64,000 nucleotides of DNA from Acidobacteriota bacterium (lineage in GTDB: Bacteria > Acidobacteriota > UBA890 > WLXD01), in contig CAXWPH010000007.1 in the NCBI GenBank assembly GCA_963666055.2, positions 293,921 to 357,920 on the forward strand. The letters are read 5' to 3'. Positions 48,605 to 57,055 of this stretch are shown here, in pieces; positions within the stretch are counted from its first letter, which is position 1, and every line of letters starts with the position of its first letter. The notes below the pieces were generated by a model, which was given only the letters and a program-made list of their open reading frames with translations, had not been told where the DNA came from and made no database searches. The translations under genes and the position numbers were made by a program.

Positions 48605-50296
48605 CTACCAGCGCCAGGATTCATGCTCGTAGACGGACTCCCCTTCCAGAAGGGTCAACAGGACGCTCGCCTGGTGGATCCCCTCCGCGGGAAGTTCGAA
48701 CAGGTTGCGATCGAGGACCACGAGATCGGCGTACTTGCCGGCTTCTATGGTACCGATCTCTTGCTCCCAGAAGTTCAGATAGGCGACATCGATCGTGTAG
48801 GCAGCGATGGCGGTTTCCAGATCGACGAGCTCCTCCTCATTGAAGGGCTCACCGGGCCCAGCTTCCAAGCCGCGGCGCGTGACCGCCACCTGCATGCCCT
48901 CGAGGGGATTCATCGACGACACCCCCCAATCGCTTCCGAAGGCGATTCGGCCCCCGGCCTTGACGATCGCGCCGACCGGATACACCCATCGCGTGCGCTC
49001 CGGCCCGATGCGTGGCTCGATGAGGTCGATCACCATCTCGTCGCGCTGCGCCCAGATCGGTTGGAAGTTGGCGATCGCACCCAGCTGCGCGAACCTGGAG
49101 AAGTCGGCGGGGTGTGCCAGATCGATGTGCGCAATGTGGTGCCTCGAGTCGCGTGAGCCGTTTACCTCGCGTGCATGCTCGAACGCATCCAGCGCGTAGC
49201 GAACCGTCGCATCGCCGACCGCGTGAATGTGTACCTGAAACCCCTCCGCATCGAGTGCCGCGACCAGCGGGTTGAGCTCCTGCGGCGCGATGTTGGGATG
49301 CCAGCGAAAGTCGGGACGATCGGCGTACGGCTCGAGCAGGGCCGCGGTGTGGTTGTAGATCAGGCCATCGCCACCGATCTTCACGCTCGTCGGCCTGAAA
49401 CGCTCCCCGCCGAACTCCTCGCGCAAGCCGACCACACGAGCCACATTGTCGAGTCCTTCTGCCGCGTTGATGCGCAGTCCGGTGATCGCCCTGACCGTCA
49501 GCTCGCCGCGTGATTCCAACGCCGCATAGGCTTGCAGCGACTCCCGACCCCCGCCCGCATCCTGAAACGAGGTGATGCCGAGGCTGTTGGCCAGCTGTAG
49601 CCCGCGCCTCAGAGCCTCGGTACGCTCTTCGTCACTCGGGTCCGGAATGTGCTCGTAGACCAACCGGCTGGCCGACTCGTGCAGGGTACCCGTCGGCTCT
49701 CCGGTGACCGGATCACGCTCGATGCGGCCGTTCTCTGGATCCGGCGTGTCTTTCGTGACCCCGGCCAGCTCGAGGGCACGCGAGCTCGCCCAGGCGGAGT
49801 GGCCGTGCTGCGATGTGAGGACGATCGGGCGCCCCGGGGCGATCTCGTCGAGGACCGACTTGTGCGGGTTGGCCTGATCGAAAAGAAGGAGCGCCCAGCC
49901 GCCGCCGCGAATCCACTCGTCCTGCCCTCCCTGCGAGGCACAGTCGCTGATCGCGGCCAGGACGGCATCGAGGGTGACGATGTCGCGCACGTTGCAGCCG
50001 CGGCTATCCACCGGATGTACGTGCGAATCGCCGAAACCAGGCAGCAGCATCTTGCCCTCGAGATCGACGACTCTGGTATCCGGACTGATCAAGGAGTCGA
50101 TCTCCTGGTCCGAGCCGACGGCAACAATCCGACCGTTACCGATCGCCACCGCCTCGGCCCACGGTTGAGCGGCAACCACCGTGTAGACGGCCCCGTTGCG
50201 GAGCACCAGGTCGGCCGGGTCCGGCGCAGCGGCGCAGGCAACGGTGAAAAGCAAGACTGCCAGCGCAGCGGACGAGTGTGCTCGAAGCATGCTCAT
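48605..50296 (-). CDS. Amidohydrolase 3 (YtcJ-like) lipoprotein
   Basis: PGFGDSHVH, GHSAWASS, HIHAVGD, HHIAH, FGSDW, GTIEAGKYADLVVLD. Confidence 0.92.
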   Translation of the reverse strand: MSMLRAHSSAALAVLLFTVACAAAPDPADLVLRNGAVYTVVAAQPWAEAVAIGNGRIVAVGSDQEIDSLISPDTRVVDLEGKMLLPGFGDSHVHPVDSRGCNVRDIVTLDAVLAAISDCASQGGQDEWIRGGGWALLLFDQANPHKSVLDEIAPGRPIVLTSQHGHSAWASSRALELAGVTKDTPDPENGRIERDPVTGEPTGTLHESASRLVYEHIPDPSDEERTEALRRGLQLANSLGITSFQDAGGGRESLQAYAALESRGELTVRAITGLRINAAEGLDNVARVVGLREEFGGERFRPTSVKIGGDGLIYNHTAALLEPYADRPDFRWHPNIAPQELNPLVAALDAEGFQVHIHAVGDATVRYALDAFEHAREVNGSRDSRHHIAHIDLAHPADFSRFAQLGAIANFQPIWAQRDEMVIDLIEPRIGPERTRWVYPVGAIVKAGGRIAFGSDWGVSSMNPLEGMQVAVTRRGLEAGPGEPFNEEELVDLETAIAAYTIDVAYLNFWEQEIGTIEAGKYADLVVLDRNLFELPAEGIHQASVLLTLLEGESVYEHESWRW

Positions 50297-50298
50297 TG

Positions 50299-50421
50299 CT
50301 ACCTCTTGTCTGCGGCCAGGCCGCATGAACGCAGGACCCTGAAGATCGTGTCGATCTGCTCGAGGGTGAGGATCAACGGCGGCGACAGCACGTTGAGGTG
50401 ACCCAGCGGGCGCATCAGCAT
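50299..50421 (-). pseudogene. Class III aminotransferase C-terminal relic (40 aa)
   Basis: MLMRPLGHLNVLSPPLILTLEQIDTIFRVLR resembles the C-terminus of omega-aminotransferases. Confidence 0.75.
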
Positions 50422-50424
50422 CGG

Positions 50425-51096
50425 TCAGGGATCGCCCGGCACGCCGTACGACGGTGCCTCGCTCGGGTCCAGCGCGCGGGTGACATAGGACTCCAGTTGC
50501 GGCTCGTACTCGCGCCACAGAGCTCCCAGTTGCGGTACCGGGTCGGTGTCCCAGTCGACGCGCAGATCAACGATCGGCCACGATACCTGGTGGGCCACCA
50601 GCAGCCCGGCGGAGCGCACCGGGCCCTCTTCGCCACCTGCTGCCAGGCCCGCCTCTATGGCAGCCAACAGCCGCGCTGCGAGATGACCGTTGGCGGCTTC
50701 GAAGCCCCGGACCATCGCCGCGGGGACGCGATCGTCGGCCAGCAGGTTGCCAATCGCGACGCAGTTCCGCCCCTCCGCCGCGGCGTGCAGCCCCAAGGTA
50801 CGTTCGCCGTTGAAGTGCGCCACCCTGCCGGCCGTGTCGACGACGGCCAGCTGCCGCCAGGCGGCGTGCTCAGCGGAGTCCACCACGGTGCCGAGCGCTT
50901 GCTCGGCCTCCCTCCCCTGCGCCAGCAGATCGAGGATGCGATCGCCGAGGCTCGGATCGGTGATGTTCTGGCTCAAGGCAGCGCCGGCGCCAGCGCGCAC
51001 GAAGGCGCAGCGAGCCGCCACACAGATGCTCGACGACGACACCGTCACCCCGACCATCTCGGTGCGCGCGCAGCGAGCCGCGATCGACATGGTCAT
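50425..51096 (-). CDS. DUF1028 family protein (Ntn-hydrolase-like)
   Basis: MTMSIAARC, SSSICVAARC, WRQLAVVD, GNLLA, GGEEGPVRSA, DLRVD. Confidence 0.9.
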   Translation of the reverse strand: MTMSIAARCARTEMVGVTVSSSSICVAARCAFVRAGAGAALSQNITDPSLGDRILDLLAQGREAEQALGTVVDSAEHAAWRQLAVVDTAGRVAHFNGERTLGLHAAAEGRNCVAIGNLLADDRVPAAMVRGFEAANGHLAARLLAAIEAGLAAGGEEGPVRSAGLLVAHQVSWPIVDLRVDWDTDPVPQLGALWREYEPQLESYVTRALDPSEAPSYGVPGDP

Positions 51097-51530
51097 CGGC
51101 TTGAACCGTCGACCTGCTCGCCGGCCTCCGGAATCACCGCTATGACGTCGATCTCGACGAGCCAATCGGTGCATGCGAGACCGTCGACGATGAGCCCGGT
51201 GGACACCGGAAAGACGCCCTTCAACCAGCGACCGATCGTGCGATACACCGGCCCCCGGTAGTCCCGATCGGTGATGTAGACGGTGATCTTACAAACATCG
51301 GCCAGCTCACTGCCAGCCTCCCGGAGCAGCTGAGCGACGTTGCGCATCGCTTGATCGGCCTGAGCGGCACAATCACCGATTCCCACCGTGTTGCCATCCA
51401 GATCGGTGCCCACCTGTCCGCGCAGGAACACGATGTTGCCGGCGACAACAACCTGGCACAGGTCGTTGTCGAGGTCCTGGTCGGGATAGGTGTCGCGGGT
51501 GTTGAACTTGCGCAGTCTTTTGTGGCCCAT
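51093..51530 (-). CDS. Rid (RidA/YjgF) family protein
   Basis: FNTRDTYPDQDLDNDLCQ, FLRGQVG, PVSTGL, LVEIDVIAVI. Confidence 0.9.
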   Translation of the reverse strand: MGHKRLRKFNTRDTYPDQDLDNDLCQVVVAGNIVFLRGQVGTDLDGNTVGIGDCAAQADQAMRNVAQLLREAGSELADVCKITVYITDRDYRGPVYRTIGRWLKGVFPVSTGLIVDGLACTDWLVEIDVIAVIPEAGEQVDGSSR

Positions 51531-51563
51531 GCCACACCTCCCCCGGATCCGGATGGTGTCCGG

Positions 51564-53021
51564 CTACGACACTCGATCGGACAACCCGGCCGCCTTCTTG
51601 ACGAGATCCAGCGGACCAGAGAAGTCGAAGTTGTTGTAGACGGCTGCCAGGTGTGCGAACGGCGGCGATTGGGCGAACAGCTCGAAGGTCACCCGATGAC
51701 CGGCATAGTCAGAGTTGATCAGATCGCGCGCGTAAGCGAGCAGCTTGCGGCGATCTTCCGCTACCCAGTTCTCGTTGACGCTGTAGTACTTCTTCAGCCA
51801 CGGTCCGATCTCGGGTGCGGCGAACGATCGACTGTCGGGGGTAACGCAGATCTGGCCGCCGCACAGCTCACGGGCGAGGTGCACGATGGCGGGGAGCTGG
51901 CTACAGGCCAGCACACGGCCGGTGTAGAGCAGCGACTGATTGGGCATCATCAGACCGGCCGGGCTACGCTCGCCGAGTGCGATCGATGCGGTCAGGTGGG
52001 CGTTGATTCCCTCCCGATAGCAGGCCATCGTGGCGAGCTTCTCGCGCACCGCCTGCTGCTTGTCGGTGCCGGTCTGTCGAACATTGAACAGAGCGGTGCC
52101 GATCAACAGATCAGCGATGGTCAGAATTCGCTGTACGAACGGAAAGGCGCTATAGCGATGCAGCGTGGCGCGAATGAAGACCGCGGCGCGCGTGTGACGG
52201 TGGAAGAGCACGTCCTCCCACGGGATCAGCACATCGTCGAAGATCATCAACGTGTCGACCTCGTCGAAGCGACTGGCGATCGGGTAGTCGACGGCTGAGC
52301 CCCGCTCGGCGAAGCCCGACCGGCACAGGTGCTTGAGGCCCTGAGCGTTCATCGGCACGATGAAACCAACGGCGTAGTCGGACAGCTCCGCATCGCCCCA
52401 GTTGGCGATCGTCGGCTTGGCGAAAGCCTGGTTCGAGTACGCCGACGCGGTTTCGTACTTGGCGCCCCGCACGACGATGCCGGCATCGGTCTCGCGCACC
52501 ACGTGCAGCAGCATGTCCGGATCCTGGTCCTGCGGAGCCTTCGAGCGGTCGCCCTTCGGATCGGTGTTGGCCGACACATGGAACGGATCGCCACGCAGCG
52601 CGTGCTGGATGTGCCGCTCGATGTTGCTGGCGAACTGCGAGTCGATCTCGGCGAGCACATCGCTGCCGTCGAACAACGACCACATCTCGCCGATGGTCTC
52701 ATCGCCGACCCGAGTTACCACGCCACCGATCTCGAGCATCACCGTGTCGACCGCGCGGCGCTTGTCGTGCCAGTCCTGCTCCTCTTTCGGCAGCTTGAGG
52801 GCGATGGCGTTGGTTTCGTCGGTGTCCTCGTCGACGTAGCTCATGACCTGGCGGTACTGCTCGTCGTGCGCCATGTCGTAGATGCGCGCACGCACGTCGA
52901 CGATCGGCTTGAACGCCGGATGTGTGGGGACGTCTTCGACGCGCTCGCCGTCGATCCAAACCTCGCGATCGTCGCGAATCGACTCGATGTACTGCTCGCC
53001 GGTTCGGATCACGGTCGGCAC
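51564..53021 (-). CDS. 4-hydroxyphenylacetate 3-hydroxylase-family (group D flavin) monooxygenase, oxygenase component
   Basis: RTGEQYIESIRD.REVWIDGE, DPKGDRS, GIVVRGAK, SRFDEVD...FDDVLIPWEDV. Confidence 0.9.
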   Translation of the reverse strand: MPTVIRTGEQYIESIRDDREVWIDGERVEDVPTHPAFKPIVDVRARIYDMAHDEQYRQVMSYVDEDTDETNAIALKLPKEEQDWHDKRRAVDTVMLEIGGVVTRVGDETIGEMWSLFDGSDVLAEIDSQFASNIERHIQHALRGDPFHVSANTDPKGDRSKAPQDQDPDMLLHVVRETDAGIVVRGAKYETASAYSNQAFAKPTIANWGDAELSDYAVGFIVPMNAQGLKHLCRSGFAERGSAVDYPIASRFDEVDTLMIFDDVLIPWEDVLFHRHTRAAVFIRATLHRYSAFPFVQRILTIADLLIGTALFNVRQTGTDKQQAVREKLATMACYREGINAHLTASIALGERSPAGLMMPNQSLLYTGRVLACSQLPAIVHLARELCGGQICVTPDSRSFAAPEIGPWLKKYYSVNENWVAEDRRKLLAYARDLINSDYAGHRVTFELFAQSPPFAHLAAVYNNFDFSGPLDLVKKAAGLSDRVS

Positions 53022-53189
53022 CCGCCGTCGGTTGCGCGATTCGCTCTAGCCATCGTCACGATGCGGCATCCAAACAAAGACCAGGAGCCTTGTCCAGGAT
53101 CTCTACCTGACATCTGAGGTGGCGCGGCAGGATCGGCTATCCTTGCCGAGCCATCGCAGCGTCGCCGATGACCGACGAGAGCACGTGAG

Positions 53190-53230
53190 GTGAACAGTGA
53201 ACGCACCGGGTTCCATGGTGAACGGTGAAC
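53190..53230. repeat. Two more GTGAACNNTGAAC copies
   Basis: GTGAACAGTGAAC at 53190 and GTGAACGGTGAAC at 53218. Confidence 0.65.
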
Positions 53231-54780
53231 GAACCTTCCGCGCCGGCCGCAAACGAAGCGCGACCGCGGCGCGGGCGCTTCTGCTGGCAGTCGTGATGGT
53301 GCTGGGGTCGTCGACAATAGCGCCGATGCCCGGCGCCGCGAGCCCACAGGCCGCACCGAGCGTCACACTGGCGTCGTCACCCCCGACAGCCGCTCGCATG
53401 CTGGCCACGCGGCAGCACGCGGCGGTGATCATCGGCGAGTACTCCGGACACGACATCAACACGCTGGTGAGCATGCTCAACCCCCTGAATCGCGCGGTGA
53501 GCATCGAGATCCGGCTCATCGCACTCGGCGAGACCGACCCCGCGCTCACTCTCGCGCGAACTCTCGGGATACGCGAGTTCGGGTTGATCGACGCGCGGAA
53601 GGAGCTCGGAGACAGCTTCGAGGGCGCGGTCACCATCAGCTCCGACCGACGGATCGCGGCGATCGTGAGCCAAGCGGTCGACGGCGGGCCCAGCGGATCG
53701 GCCGTTCCCTATAACAACGCCCACCTGGGCGGCTCGTCGGTGCTCACCGAGCTCCGCCACGGCAAGGGACTGCGGACATTCAGGGGGCTCTTCAACGACG
53801 ACGACGTGCAGGTGCTGGTTCGTCAGTTCCTGAACAACTCCGGCAACCAGTCGGTGGGCGGCCCCGTCGACACCCTGCTGCCGCCCCGCAGCAACTCGAT
53901 CCAGCTGATCGGCGAGTTGTTTCCGATCAAGCCCGGGACAAAGCAGCCTGCGTTCCTGGCCAGCATCGTGGCGGACAACCAGAACGTCGCCGCCGGCGCC
54001 ATCATCATGGACGAGAAGACCGGCGACACGTACACGAGCCCGGCGATCTTTCCGCACATCGCCGGCCAGCGCATCGTGCTGCCACGCTTCGCCAACTCCG
54101 ACGGAGAAAGCTCGACCTTGACGGTGCAGAACCACGGAGCGACGGCGGCCGACGTCCACGTGACGCGGCACACGGGGCCGGCGCAATCGACCCGGACCAC
54201 GTTCCCGCTCGACCCCAACGAGCTCATAATCATCGATGGCTTCGGCGGCAATGACGACATCACGTCCGACTTTCAGCCCTGGGCCGAGTTACACGGAGAG
54301 AGCCTGCGGGGCGCAGAGGACGCGTTTCTCAGCGCCGTGGTGATCTCCGACCAGAAGCCCGCCGGGCGCTCCGCCGATACCGATCCTGGTGTGAGCCGCG
54401 TCAAGTCAGGCCGCTATCACACCCTGGTGCCGTCGTGGACCGAGGAGTACGCGGCCAACAAGCGCGCAGTGGCTATGGGCGCCACCCTCTCCGATAGCTC
54501 AGCCGTCACCTTCTACGCGTTGAACGTCGGCCCCAAGGCTGCCCGGGTAAAGGCCGTGGTGCGCAACGGCCAAGGCGACCGGGTGTTCTCCAAGACCGTG
54601 ACGGTGGAGTCGAACCAGACGGCGAGCGTTCCGTTCCCGAGCCGACTGGCGCGCCGCGGCCAGGTGGACGACCTTTACGTCGACGCCAAGATCTCCAGGT
54701 CAGGACCCGTGTTCACTTACCTGCTCGAGAGGCGGGACACCGGCGAGATCAACTACATTCCGGGAATCGCGCTGAAGTAG
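53197..54780 (+). CDS. Hypothetical secreted beta-rich multidomain protein (start uncertain)
   Basis: Long ORF with a signal peptide and repeated beta-sandwich-like segments. Confidence 0.65.
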   Translation: MNAPGSMVNGERTFRAGRKRSATAARALLLAVVMVLGSSTIAPMPGAASPQAAPSVTLASSPPTAARMLATRQHAAVIIGEYSGHDINTLVSMLNPLNRAVSIEIRLIALGETDPALTLARTLGIREFGLIDARKELGDSFEGAVTISSDRRIAAIVSQAVDGGPSGSAVPYNNAHLGGSSVLTELRHGKGLRTFRGLFNDDDVQVLVRQFLNNSGNQSVGGPVDTLLPPRSNSIQLIGELFPIKPGTKQPAFLASIVADNQNVAAGAIIMDEKTGDTYTSPAIFPHIAGQRIVLPRFANSDGESSTLTVQNHGATAADVHVTRHTGPAQSTRTTFPLDPNELIIIDGFGGNDDITSDFQPWAELHGESLRGAEDAFLSAVVISDQKPAGRSADTDPGVSRVKSGRYHTLVPSWTEEYAANKRAVAMGATLSDSSAVTFYALNVGPKAARVKAVVRNGQGDRVFSKTVTVESNQTASVPFPSRLARRGQVDDLYVDAKISRSGPVFTYLLERRDTGEINYIPGIALK

Positions 54781-54785
54781 GCCAC

Positions 54786-55406
54786 ATGCGACAACGCCAC
54801 TTCATCGACATCCACAAGGTCGCCACCGGCCCCGCCGTGCTCGGCATGATGGCCTGGCATGCCTCCTGGGATCACCTCACCGCCTGGATCTATCTCGCCC
54901 TGCACGGCACCTACGGGCTGCTGTGGGTCTGCAAGAGCCGCACCTTTCCCGACAAGAGCTGGGAGGAGCGCAGCTCGGTGGCCTACGGCCTGATGATCTG
55001 GGCTGGGCTGTCGCTCTACTGGATCGCGCCGTGGATCGTCACGTCGAGCCGGGTCGAGCCTCCCCACTGGTACTTGGCCGCCTGCGTCACCCTCTGGGGA
55101 CTCGGCGTGTTCCTGCACTTCGCCTCCGACATGCACAAGAACGTCGCCCTGCAGATGCGCCCCGAGCAGCTGGTGCACACCGGCCTCTGGGCCCGCTGCC
55201 GCAACCCCAACTACCTGGGCGAGCTGTTCATCTACCTGGGCTTCGGCTTGCTCGCCATGCACTGGCTGCCGCTGGTGGTGATCGCGCTGTTCCTGGTGGC
55301 GGTGTGGATCCCCAACATGCTGAAGAAAGACCGCTCGCTGGCGCGCTACCCGGAGTTCGAAGCCTACAAGGCGCGCAGCTGGTTCTTGCTGCCGCCGCTG
55401 ATCTGA
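54786..55406 (+). CDS. DUF1295/steroid 5-alpha-reductase-like membrane protein
   Basis: YLALHGTYG, SDMHK, GLWARCRNPNYLGE. Confidence 0.85.
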   Translation: MRQRHFIDIHKVATGPAVLGMMAWHASWDHLTAWIYLALHGTYGLLWVCKSRTFPDKSWEERSSVAYGLMIWAGLSLYWIAPWIVTSSRVEPPHWYLAACVTLWGLGVFLHFASDMHKNVALQMRPEQLVHTGLWARCRNPNYLGELFIYLGFGLLAMHWLPLVVIALFLVAVWIPNMLKKDRSLARYPEFEAYKARSWFLLPPLI

Positions 55407-56269
55407 CCGTCGGTTCCCGTCGCTGCGGCATCGACACGCCGCCTGCTTTTGAACGCGCGTTCACCAGCCAGCGCCGGGAAGGTCAACTCGGAGCTCGGCC
55501 AACCGATGAGCATCCTCACGTCGTCATCAGCGATGCCCGTACCTTCGAACACCGAGCGCAGGGCCCGAAGGCAGCGGGCGAAGCGCCGGTACAGTCGCCG
55601 CTGATCCGTTCTCAGAGCGCGGGCGATTGACGCCGTCGTGCGCCCGTCGACGAAGCGCATCCTGAGGATCTGACGATCCTCGGCGGTCATGGCTTCAATG
55701 GTGCTGTTGACGACTTTGGCCACCCGGGTCGAGATTTCGACACATCGCCGATTCTCGATGCCCTCATCGGCGCGGCTCGGACCGGCGAGCGACGCGAGCG
55801 GCTCCGGGCTGTGGACGCGCGGCGGCGACCGGCGCGGCAGTTCTTCATAGATCTTCTCGAGCTCCTCTCGGGAATGCCGCGCACCGTGGCGACTGCGCAA
55901 GGTCGCTATCGCCTCGCCCAAAGGTGCCTTATCGCGATACACAAGCTCTTCGAGCTCGATGGCGAGCGAACCCATGCCTCGTGCCGCCTCGGAGGGCTTC
56001 CACCGACCCCAATTGCGCCTCTTGTAGTCATGCGCAAGGTTCGAGATCGTGGCGATGAGAAATGTTCTCAGCGAGCTGCGCCGTTCGTGGCTACGAATGA
56101 TGCGGCAGTCGTCCTGGACAAGACGGAGAAGCACCTCAGAGCGGAAGTCCGAGAGTTCGTCACCGGACCAGCGGTGTCGACCAGCGACGTACCGAATGCA
56201 GTCCTCAATGGCCCCGACACTGGAATTGAACAGATCCGCTGCACTACTCTTTCGACGCGACACTGGCAC
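55364..56269 (-). CDS. ECF-type sigma factor with an internal insertion
   Basis: DFRSEVLLRL, RSSLRTFL, WGRWKPS, DRQILRMRF...SIARAL...LYRR. The 3' end overlaps the convergent gene. Confidence 0.8.
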   Translation of the reverse strand: MPVSRRKSSAADLFNSSVGAIEDCIRYVAGRHRWSGDELSDFRSEVLLRLVQDDCRIIRSHERRSSLRTFLIATISNLAHDYKRRNWGRWKPSEAARGMGSLAIELEELVYRDKAPLGEAIATLRSRHGARHSREELEKIYEELPRRSPPRVHSPEPLASLAGPSRADEGIENRRCVEISTRVAKVVNSTIEAMTAEDRQILRMRFVDGRTTASIARALRTDQRRLYRRFARCLRALRSVFEGTGIADDDVRMLIGWPSSELTFPALAGERAFKSRRRVDAAATGTDGQISGGSKNQLRAL

Positions 56270-56422
56270 CTCCGAAATCGGGTCGGCGGATCGTGCAAGA
56301 GACCCGAGCTTGAGAATCGCCCTTCACTAGATCCAACGTGAGGCACGCGTAGACCGAACAGCTCACCGGCGGATAACGGCAGGATTCCCGGATTTGGGGG
56401 ACTCTCCAGGCGAGGCCCCAAA

Positions 56423-57055
56423 ATGACTGAGCCGCCCCACAACGACGCCGAACCAGACACCATGAACACCACCGGTGCACACGAGCGCCTGTCGACGGAT
56501 CTGTCGACACGGCGGCTCCTCATAAACGCCAGAAACGGCGACGAGCGCGCTCTCGAGAGCCTCTTTCGCCGCTACCGCGAGCCATTGAGACGATGGGCAC
56601 GGGGGCGGCTTCCCAGCGCGGCAAGGAACCTGCTGGAGACCGAAGATCTCGTGCAGGACGCTTTCGTCGGCGCACTACGTAACGTCGACGATTTCGAGCC
56701 TCGTCATGCCGGCGCGTTTCAGGGCTATCTTCGACGCGCTGTGTCCAACCGCATCCGCGACGAGGTTCGGCGTGGCCGGGGCCGCCCTTTGCAAGATGGC
56801 ACCGGGGGCCGTCTAGTAGATCGAGGTGCCTCGCCGATCGAGCAGATGGTCGGGCGCGAGTTGCTCGACCGCTACGAGACCGCGTTGGCGAGGCTCGAGC
56901 TCGGCGACCGGGAAGCAGTCTTCGCGCGCGTTGAGCTGCAGCTGCCCTTCTCCGAAATCGCGGAGTACCTCGACAAGCCGTCGACAGACGCCGCGCGCAT
57001 GGCTGTGAATCGAGCCCTTCTACGGCTGGCACGGAAGATGGCCGATGGAACGTGA
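56423..57055 (+). CDS. ECF sigma factor
   Basis: GDERALESLF, EDLVQDAF, YLRRAVSNRIRD, SEIAEYL...AARMAVNRAL. Confidence 0.92.
   Translation: MTEPPHNDAEPDTMNTTGAHERLSTDLSTRRLLINARNGDERALESLFRRYREPLRRWARGRLPSAARNLLETEDLVQDAFVGALRNVDDFEPRHAGAFQGYLRRAVSNRIRDEVRRGRGRPLQDGTGGRLVDRGASPIEQMVGRELLDRYETALARLELGDREAVFARVELQLPFSEIAEYLDKPSTDAARMAVNRALLRLARKMADGT

Noticed and set aside
53190-53230. LexA box (GTTC-N7-GTTC)
   Set aside because: The half-site spacing here is 3 nt, not 7.
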